NCBI GenBank assembly: GCA_964057225.1
Contig: OZ059896.1
Coordinates: forward strand, 4,588,001 to 4,652,000
DNA length: 64,000 nucleotides
Source of the DNA: Auanema rhodensis
Lineage: Eukaryota > Animalia > Nematoda
Direction: 5' to 3'
The translations under genes were made by a program, and so were the position numbers. The notes under the pieces are model-generated. The model worked only from the letters and a program-made list of their open reading frames with translations. It ran no database searches and was not told the DNA's origin. Below, piece by piece: positions 54,201 to 64,000 of this stretch (the first letter of the stretch is position 1; each line of letters begins with the position of its first letter).

Positions 54201-56459
54201 TTTTTCAAACAATCATAACTAATTTTTGTATTAAGCTTTCCTCAATGTAATATAGTGCATTCGATGCGGATTTTTAAGCTGCGTCGATCTGTGTTATCAG
54301 ATTTGCGCTAGCTTAAAAATGCACCGAGATATCAACTGATATAAGTTCACACTTATATCCTCGATTTTCTCCCTGAAGAATTAATTTTTTCGTTGAATAA
54401 CATTGTCCATCGTTTTTGCCTTGAAAGAAGGAATCTAAAAACATCTACTTTTTGCTAAATTATTTTGAAATTTTTCGAAAAAATTTTTGTCAAAATGTTT
54501 TTGGAAGCAATTTTGAGTGTACATGGAAACTCAACATACACTAATGCATCATTTTTCAAACGATCATAACTAATTTTTGTATTAAGCTTTCCTCAATGTA
54601 ATATAGTGCATTCGATGCGGATTTTTAAGCTGCGTCGATCTGTGTTATCAGATTTGCGCTAGCTCAAAAATGCACCGAGATATCAACTGATATAAGTTCA
54701 CACTTATATCCTCGATTTTCACCCTGAAGAATTAATTTTTTCGTTGAATAACATTGTCCATCGTTTTTGCCTCAAAAAAAGGAATCTAAAAACATCTACT
54801 TTTTGCGAAATTATTTTGAAATTTTTCGAAAAAATTTTGTCAAAATGTTTTTGGAAGCAATGTTGAGTGTACATGGAAACTCAACATACACTAATGCATC
54901 ATTTTTCAAACGATCATACCTAATTTTTGTGATGAGCGTTTCTCCATGTAGTATGATGCATTCGATGCGGATTTTTAAGCTGCGTCGATCTGTGTTATCA
55001 GATTTGCGCTAGCTTAAAAATGCACCGAGATATCAACTGATATAAGTTCACACTTATATCCTCGATTTTCACCCTGAAGAATTAATTTTTTCGTTGAATA
55101 ACATTGTCCATCGTTTTTGCCTTGAAAGAAGGAATCTAAAAACATCTACTTTTTGCTAAATTATTTTGAAATTTTTCGAAAAAATTTTTGTCAAAATGTT
55201 TTTGGAAGCAATTTTGAGTGTACATGGAAACTCAACATACACTAATGCATCATTTTTCAAACAATCATAACTAATTTTTGTATTAAGCTTTCCTCAATGT
55301 AATATAGTGCATTCGATGCGGATTTTTAAGCTGCGTCGATCTGTGTTATCAGATTTGCGCTAGCTCAAAAATGCACCGAGATATCAACTGATATAAGTTC
55401 ACACTTATATCCTCGATTTTCACCCTGAAGAATTAATTTTTTCGTTGAATAACATTGTCCATCGTTTTTGCCTCAAAAAAAGGAATCTAAAAACATCTAC
55501 TTTTTGCGAAATTATTTTGAAATTTTTCGAAAAAATTTTGTCAAAATGTTTTTGGAAGCAATGTTGAGTGTACATGGAAACTCAACATACACTAATGCAT
55601 CATTTTTCAAACGATCATAACTAATTTTTGTGATGAGCGTTTCTCCATGTAGTATAATGCATTCGATGCGGATTTTTAAGCTGCGTCGATCTGTGTTATC
55701 AGATTTGCGCTAGCTTAAAAATGCACCGAGATATCAACTGATATAAGTTCACACTTATATCCTCGATTTTCACCCTGAAGAATTAATTTTTTCGTTGAAT
55801 AACATTGTCCATCGTTTTTGCCTTGAAAGAAGGAATCTAAAAACATCTACTTTTTGCTAAATTATTTTGAAATTTTTCGAAAAAATTTTTGTCAAAATGT
55901 TTTTGGAAGCAATTTTGAGTGTACATGGAAACTCAACATACACTAATGCATCATTTTTCAAACAATCATAACTAATTTTTGTATTAAGCTTTCCTCAATG
56001 TAATATAGTGCATTCGATGCGGATTTTTAAGCTGCGTCGATCTGTGTTATCAGATTTGCGCTAGCTTAAAAATGCACCGAGATATCAACTGATATAAGTT
56101 CACACTTATATCCTCGATTTTCTCCCTGAAGAATTAATTTTTTCGTTGAATAACATTGTCCATCGTTTTTGCCTTGAAAGAAGGAATCTAAAAACATCTA
56201 CTTTTTGCTAAATTATTTTGAAATTTTTCGAAAAAATTTTTGTCAAAATGTTTTTGGAAGCAATTTTGAGTGTACATGGAAACTCAACATACACTAATGC
56301 ATCATTTTTCAAACGATCATAACTAATTTTTGTATTAAGCTTTCCTCAATGTAATATAGTGCATTCGATGCGGATTTTTAAGCTGCGTCGATCTGTGTTA
56401 TCAGATTTGCGCTAGCTCAAAAATGCACCGAGATATCAACTGATATAAGTTCACACTTA
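51201..56459 (+). repeat. 5-monomer higher-order repeat (A-B-A-B-B; 3 x 1753 bp)
   Basis: The markers TCATACCTAA, GTATGATG and AGCTCAAAA recur every 1753 bp. Units start at 51201, 52954 and 54707. The three identical ORFs at 51261, 53014 and 54767 have the same spacing. Confidence 0.92.
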
Positions 56460-56809
56460 TATCCTCGATTTTCACCCTGAAGAATTAATTTTTTCGTTGA
56501 ATAACATTGTCCATCGTTTTTGTCTCAAAAAAAGGAATCTAAAAACATCTACTTTTTGCGAAATTATTTTGAAATTTTTCGAAAAAATTTTGTCAAAATG
56601 TTTTTGGAAGCAATTTTGAGTGTACATGGAAACTCAACATACACTAATGCATCATTTTTCAAACGATCATAACTAATTTTTGTATTAAGCTTTTCTTAAT
56701 GTAGTATAGTGCATTCGATGCGGACTTTTAAGCTGCGTCGATCTGTGTTATCAGATTTGCGCTAGCTTAAAAATGCACCGAGATATCAACTGATATAAGT
56801 TCACACTTA

Positions 56810-59800
56810 TATCCTCGATTTTCACCCTGAAGAATTAATTTTTTCGTTGAATAACATTGTCCATCGTTTTTGCCTTGAAAGAAGGAATCTAAAAACATCT
56901 ACTTTTTGCTAAATTATTTTGAAATTTTTCGAAAAAATTTTTGTCAAAATGTTTTTGGAAGCAATTTTGAGTGTACATGGAAACTCAACATACACTAATG
57001 CATCATTTTTCAAACAATCATAACTAATTTTTGTATTAAGCTTTCCTCAATGTAATATAGTGCATTCGATGCGGATTTTTAAGCTGCGTCGATCTGTGTT
57101 ATCAGATTTGCGCTAGCTTAAAAATGCACCGAGATATCAACTGATATAAGTTCACACTTATATCCTCGATTTTCTCCCTGAAGAATTAATTTTTTCGTTG
57201 AATAACATTGTCCATCGTTTTTGCCTTGAAAGAAGGAATCTAAAAACATCTACTTTTTGCTAAATTATTTTGAAATTTTTCGAAAAAATTTTTGTCAAAA
57301 TGTTTTTGGAAGCAATTTTGAGTGTACATGGAAACTCAACATACACTAATGCATCATTTTTCAAACGATCATAACTAATTTTTATATTAAGCTTTCCTCA
57401 ATGTAATATAGTGCATTCGATGCGGATTTTTAAGCTGCGTCGATCTGTGTTATCAGATTTGCGCTAGCTTAAAAATGCACCTAGATATCATCTGATATAA
57501 GTTCACACTTATATCCTCGATTTTCACCCTGAAGAATTAATTTTTTCGTTGAATAACATTGCCCATCGTTTTTGCCTTGAAAGAAGGAATCTAAAAACAT
57601 CTACTTTTTGCTAAATTATTTTGAAATTTTTCGAAAAAATTTTTGTCAAAATGTTTTTGGAAGCAATTTTGAGTGTACATGGAAACTCAACATACACTAA
57701 TGCATCATTTTTCAAACGATCATAACTAATTTTTGTATTAAGCTTTTCTTAATGTAGTATAGTGCATTCGATGCGGACTTTTAAGCTGCGTCGATCTGTG
57801 TTATCAGATTTGCGCTAGCTTAAAAATGCACCGAGATATCAACTGATATAAGTTCACACTTATTTCCTCGATTTTCACCCTGAAGAATTAATTTTTTCGT
57901 TGAATAACATTGTCCATCGTTTTTGCCTCGAAAAAAGGAATCTAAAAACATCTACTTTTTGCTAAATTATTTTGAAATTTTTCGAAAAAATTTTTGTCAA
58001 AATGTTTTTGGAAGCAATTTTGAGTGTACATGGAAACTCAACATACACTAATGCATCATTTTTCAAACGATCATAACTAATTTTTGTATTAAGCTTTTCT
58101 TAATGTAGTATAGTGCATTCGATGCGGATTTTTAAGCTGCGTCGATCTATGTTATCAGATTTGCGCTAGCTTAAAAATGCACCTAGATATCATCTGATAT
58201 AAGTTCACACTTATATCCTCGATTTTCACCCTGAAGAATTAATTTTTTCGTTGAATAACATTGCCCATCGTTTTTGCCTTGAAAGAAGGAATCTAAAAAC
58301 ATCTACTTTTTGCTAAATTATTTTGAAATTTTTCGAAAAAATTTTTGTCAAAATGTTTTTGGAAGCAATTTTGAGTGTACATGGAAACTCAACATACACT
58401 AATGCATCATTTTTCAAACGATCATAACTAATTTTTGTATTAAGCTTTTCTTAATGTAGTATAGTGCATTCGATGCGGACTTTTAAGCTGCGTCGATCTG
58501 TGTTATCAGATTTGCGCTAGCTTAAAAATGCACCGAGATATCAACTGATATAAGTTCACACTTATATCCTCGATTTTCACCCTGAAGAATTAATTTTTTC
58601 GTTGAATAACATTGTCCATCGTTTTTGCCTTGAAAGAAGGAATCTAAAAACATCTACTTTTTGCTAAATTATTTTGAAATTTTTCGAAAAAATTTTTGTC
58701 AAAATGTTTTTGGAAGCAATTTTGAGTGTACATGGAAACTCAACATACACTAATGCATCATTTTTCAAACAATCATAACTAATTTTTGTATTAAGCTTTC
58801 CTCAATGTAATATAGTGCATTCGATGCGGATTTTTAAGCTGCGTCGATCTGTGTTATCAGATTTGCGCTAGCTTAAAAATGCACCGAGATATCAACTGAT
58901 ATAAGTTCACACTTATATCCTCGATTTTCTCCCTGAAGAATTAATTTTTTCGTTGAATAACATTGTCCATCGTTTTTGCCTTGAAAGAAGGAATCTAAAA
59001 ACATCTACTTTTTGCTAAATTATTTTGAAATTTTTCGAAAAAATTTTTGTCAAAATGTTTTTGGAAGCAATTTTGAGTGTACATGGAAACTCAACATACA
59101 CTAATGCATCATTTTTCAAACGATCATAACTAATTTTTATATTAAGCTTTCCTCAATGTAATATAGTGCATTCGATGCGGATTTTTAAGCTGCGTCGATC
59201 TGTGTTATCAGATTTGCGCTAGCTTAAAAATGCACCTAGATATCATCTGATATAAGTTCACACTTATATCCTCGATTTTCACCCTGAAGAATTAATTTTT
59301 TCGTTGAATAACATTGCCCATCGTTTTTGCCTTGAAAGAAGGAATCTAAAAACATCTACTTTTTGCTAAATTATTTTGAAATTTTTCGAAAAAATTTTTG
59401 TCAAAATGTTTTTGGAAGCAATTTTGAGTGTACATGGAAACTCAACATACACTAATGCATCATTTTTCAAACGATCATAACTAATTTTTGTATTAAGCTT
59501 TTCTTAATGTAGTATAGTGCATTCGATGCGGACTTTTAAGCTGCGTCGATCTGTGTTATCAGATTTGCGCTAGCTTAAAAATGCACCGAGATATCAACTG
59601 ATATAAGTTCACACTTATTTCCTCGATTTTCACCCTGAAGAATTAATTTTTTCGTTGAATAACATTGTCCATCGTTTTTGCCTCGAAAAAAGGAATCTAA
59701 AAACATCTACTTTTTGCTAAATTATTTTGAAATTTTTCGAAAAAATTTTTGTCAAAATGTTTTTGGAAGCAATTTTGAGTGTACATGGAAACTCAACATA

Positions 59801-60319
59801 CACTAATGCATCATTTTTCAAACGATCATAACTAATTTTTGTATTAAGCTTTTCTTAATGTAGTATAGTGCATTCGATGCGGATTTTTAAGCTGCGTCGA
59901 TCTATGTTATCAGATTTGCGCTAGCTTAAAAATGCACCTAGATATCATCTGATATAAGTTCACACTTATATCCTCGATTTTCACCCTGAAGAATTAATTT
60001 TTTCGTTGAATAACATTGCCCATCGTTTTTGCCTTGAAAGAAGGAATCTAAAAACATCTACTTTTTGCTAAATTATTTTGAAATTTTTCGAAAAAATTTT
60101 TGTCAAAATGTTTTTGGAAGCAATTTTGAGTGTACATGGAAACTCAACATACACTAATGCATCATTTTTCAAACGATCATAACTAATTTTTGTATTAAGC
60201 TTTTCTTAATGTAGTATAGTGCATTCGATGCGGATTTTTAAGCTGCGTCGATCTATGTTATCAGATTTGCGCTAGCTTAAAAATGCACCTAGATATCATC
60301 TGATATAAGTTCACACTTA
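56810..60319 (+). repeat. 5-monomer higher-order duplication made only of 351-bp monomers (2 x 1755 bp)
   Basis: TTTTATATT at 57383/59138 and TATTTCCTC at 57861/59616 (offsets 1755). The ATTGCCC variant is in corresponding monomers. Confidence 0.85.
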
Positions 60320-63300
60320 TTTCCTCGATTTTCACCCTGAAGAATTAATTTTTTCGTTGAATAACATTGCCCATCGTTTTTGCCTTGAAAGAAGGAATCT
60401 AAAAACATCTACTTTTTGCTAAATTATTTTGAAATTTTTCGAAAAAATTTTTGTCAAAATGTTTTTGGAAGCAATTTTGAGTGTACATGGAAACTCAACA
60501 TACACTAATGCATCATTTTTCAAACGATCATAACTAATTTTTGTATTAAGCTTTTCTTAATGTAGTATAGTGCATTCGATGCGGACTTTTAAGCTGCGTC
60601 GATCTGTGTTATCAGATTTGCGCTAGCTTAAAAATGCACCGAGATATCAACTGATATAAGTTCACACTTATTTCCTCGATTTTCACCCTGAAGAATTAAT
60701 TTTTTCGTTGAATAACATTGTCCATCGTTTTTGCCTCGAAAAAAGGAATCTAAAAACATCTACTTTTTGCTAAATTATTTTGAAATTTTTCGAAAAAATT
60801 TTTGTCAAAATGTTTTTGGAAGCAATTTTGAGTGTACATGGAAACTCAACATACACTAATGCATCATTTTTCAAACAATCATAACTAATTTTTGTATTAA
60901 GCTTTCCTCAATGTAATATAGTGCATTCGATGCGGATTTTTAAGCTGCTTCGATCTGTGTTATCAGATTTGCGCTAGCTTAAAAATGCACCGAGATATCA
61001 ACTGATATAAGTTCACACTTATATCCTCGATTTTCACCCTGAAGAATTAATTTTTTCGTTGAATAACATTGTCCATCGTTTTTGCCTCGAAAAAAGGAAT
61101 CTAAAAACATCTACTTTTTGCTAAATTATTTTGAAATTTTTCGAAAAAATTTTTGTCAAAATGTTTTTGGAAGCAATTTTGAGTGTACATGGAAACTCAA
61201 CATACACTAATGCATCATTTTTCAAACGATCATAACTAATTTTTGTATTAAGCTTTTCTTAATGTAGTATAGTGCATTCGATGCGGACTTTTAAGCTGCG
61301 TCGATCTATGTTATCAGATTTGCGCTAGCTTAAAAATGCACCGAGATATTAACTGATATAAGTTCACACTTATATCCTCGATTTTCACCCTGAAGAATTA
61401 ATTTTTTCGTTGAATAACATTGTCCATCGTTTTTGCCTCAAAAAAAGGAATCTAAAAACATCTACTTTTTGCGAAATTATTCTGAAATTTTTCGAAAAAA
61501 TTTTGTCAAAATGTTTTTGGAAGCAATGTTGAGTGTACATGGAAACTCAACATACACTAATGCATCATTTTTCAAACGATCATAACTAATTTTTGTGATG
61601 AGCGTTTCTCCATGTAGTATAATGCATTCGATGCGGATTTTTAAGCTGCGTCGATCTGTGTTATCAGATTTGCGCTAGCTTAAAAATGCACCGAGATATC
61701 AACTGATATAAGTTCACTCTTATATCGTCGATTTTCACCCTGAAGAATTAATTTTTTCGTTGAATAACATTGTCCATCGTTTTTGCCTTGAAAGAAGGAA
61801 TCTAAAAACATCTACTTTTTGCTAAATTATTTTGAAATTTTTCGAAAAAATTTTTGTCAAAATGTTTTTGGAAGCAATGTTGAGTGTACATGGAAACTCA
61901 ACATACACTAATGCATCATTTTTCAAACGATCATAACTAATTTTTGTATTAAGCTTTTCTTAATGTAGTATAGTGCTTTCGATGCGGACTTTTAAGCTGC
62001 GTCGATCTATGTTATCAGATTTGCGCTAGCTTAAAAATGCACCGAGATATCAACTGATATAAGTTCACACTTATATCCTCGATTTTCACCCTGAAGAATT
62101 AATTTTTTCGTTGAATAACATTGTCCATCGTTTTTGCCTCGAAAAAAGGAATCTAAAAACATCTACTTTTTGCTAAATTATTTTGAAATTTTTCGAAAAA
62201 ATTTTTGTCAAAATGTTTTTGGAAGCAATTTTGAGTGTACATGGAAACTCAACATACACTAATGCATCATTTTTCAAACGATCATAACTAATTTTTGTGA
62301 TGAGCGTTTCTCCATGTAGTATAGTGCATTCGATGCGGACTTTTAAGCTGCGTCGATCTATGTTATCAGATTTGCGCTAGCTTAAAAATGCACCGAGATA
62401 TCAACTGATATAAGTTCACACTTATATCCTCGATTTTCACCCTGAAGAATTAATTTTTTCGTTGAATAACATTGTCCATCGTTTTTGCCTCAAAAAAAGG
62501 AATCTAAAAACATCTACTTTTTGCGAAATTATTTTGAAATTTTTCGAAAAAATTTTGTCAAAATGTTTTTGGAAGCAATGTTGAGTGTACATGGAAACTC
62601 AACATACACTAATGCATCATTTTTCAAACGATCATAACTAATTTTTGTGATGAGCGTTTCTCCATGTAGTATAATGCATTCGATGCGGATTTTTAAGCTG
62701 CGTCGATCTGTGTTATCAGATTTGCGCTAGCTTAAAAATGCACCGAGATATCAACTGATATAAGTTCACACTTATATCCTCGATTTTCACCCTGAAGAAT
62801 TAATTTTTTCGTTGAATAACATTGCCCATCGTTTTTGCCTTGAAAGAAGGAATCTAAAAACATCTACTTTTTGCTAAATTATTTTGAAATTTTTCGAAAA
62901 AATTTTTGTCAAAATGTTTTTGGAAGCAATTTTGAGTGTACATGGAAACTCAACATACACTAATGCATCATTTTTCAAACGATCATAACTAATTTTTGTA
63001 TTAAGCTTTTCTTAATGTAGTATAGTGCATTCGATGCGGACTTTTAAGCTGCGTCGATCTGTGTTATCAGATTTGCGCTAGCTTAAAAATGCACCGAGAT
63101 ATCAACTGATATAAGTTCACACTTATATCCTCGATTTTCACCCTGAAGAATTAATTTTTTCGTTGAATAACATTGTCCATCGTTTTTGCCTTGAAAGAAG
63201 GAATCTAAAAACATCTACTTTTTGCTAAATTATTTTGAAATTTTTCGAAAAAATTTTTGTCAAAATGTTTTTGGAAGCAATTTTGAGTGTACATGGAAAC

Positions 63301-64000
63301 TCAACATACACTAATGCATCATTTTTCAAACGATCATAACTAATTTTTGTATTAAGCTTTTCTTAATGTAGTATAGTGCATTCGATGCGGACTTTTAAGC
63401 TGCGTCGATCTGTGTTATCAGATTTGCGCTAGCTTAAAAATGCACCGAGATATCAACTGATATAAGTTCACACTTATATCCTCGATTTTCACCCTGAAGA
63501 ATTAATTTTTTCGTTGAATAACATTGTCCATCGTTTTTGCCTTGAAAGAAGGAATCTAAAAACATCTACTTTTTGCTAAATTATTTTGAAATTTTTCGAA
63601 AAAATTTTTGTCAAAATGTTTTTGGAAGCAATTTTGAGTGTACATGGAAACTCAACATACACTAATGCATCATTTTTCAAACGATCATAACTAATTTTTG
63701 TGATGAGCGTTTCTCCATGTAGTATAATGCATTCGATGCGGATTTTTAAGCTGCGTCGATCTGTGTTATCAGATTTGCGCTAGCTTAAAAATGCACCGAG
63801 ATATCAACTGATATAAGTTCACTCTTATATCCTCGATTTTCACCCTGAAGAATTAATTTTTTCGTTGAATAACATTGTCCATCGTTTTTGCCTTGAAAGA
63901 AGGAATCTAAAAACATCTACTTTTTGCTAAATTATTTTGAAATTTTTCGAAAAAATTTTTGTCAAAATGTTTTTGGAAGCAATGTTGAGTGTACATGGAA

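Larger units (their letters stand above)
1..64000. repeat. Tandem satellite DNA array, 350/351-bp AT-rich monomer, about 182.5 head-to-tail copies, running off both window ends
   Basis: The anchor TATCCTCGATTTTCACCCTGAAGAATTAA recurs at 1, 352, ... 63828 with a 350-351 bp period. The offset 63827 equals 182 monomers, of which about 55 are one base shorter than 351. Copies differ only by a small recurring set of SNPs and a T4/T5 homopolymer. No unique sequence or inversion was seen. Confidence 0.99.

Noticed and set aside
51261-55012. Three identical 81-aa ORFs (51261-51506, 53014-53259, 54767-55012) as protein-coding genes
   Set aside because: They lie wholly within satellite monomers, start at TTG, and exist only because of one SNP. 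The other roughly 179 monomers have a stop or frameshift, and no domain is recognisable.
1-64000. CRISPR array or other repeat-spacer system
   Set aside because: There are no unique spacers. The entire 351-bp unit is repeated, the variable segment has only a few related alleles, and no cas or other genes are present.
1-64000. Technical concatemer (rolling-circle or amplification artefact)
   Set aside because: Variants form linked haplotypes and nested HORs rather than random errors on one template. Exact HOR copy numbers could still be mis-assembled.

Overview
The whole 64 kb window is one uninterrupted head-to-tail satellite DNA array. It holds about 182 complete copies plus a final partial copy (starting at 63828) of a 350/351-bp monomer. 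The first copy is about 68% AT by hand count. All copies lie in the same orientation. I see no credible gene, RNA gene, transposon insertion or CRISPR array. The three 81-aa ORFs arise from one stop-removing SNP carried by a 5-monomer higher-order repeat (HOR). The information in the window lies in three things. (1) Two interleaved monomer haplotypes, a 350-bp 'A' and a 351-bp 'B', plus many A/B chimeras. (2) A patchwork of local HORs of different order (2, 5, 6, 8, 11 and 14 monomers) and long-range block recurrences at about 17.2, 24.6 and 32.3 kb, traceable through rare SNPs. (3) A monomer dense in dyad symmetries and phased A/T tracts, including a roughly 118-bp quasi-symmetric module. The pattern fits eukaryotic (peri)centromeric or heterochromatic satellite, probably from a genome with little CpG methylation. 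I cannot name the species or satellite family from the sequence alone, and I found no evidence of a new protein-coding system.
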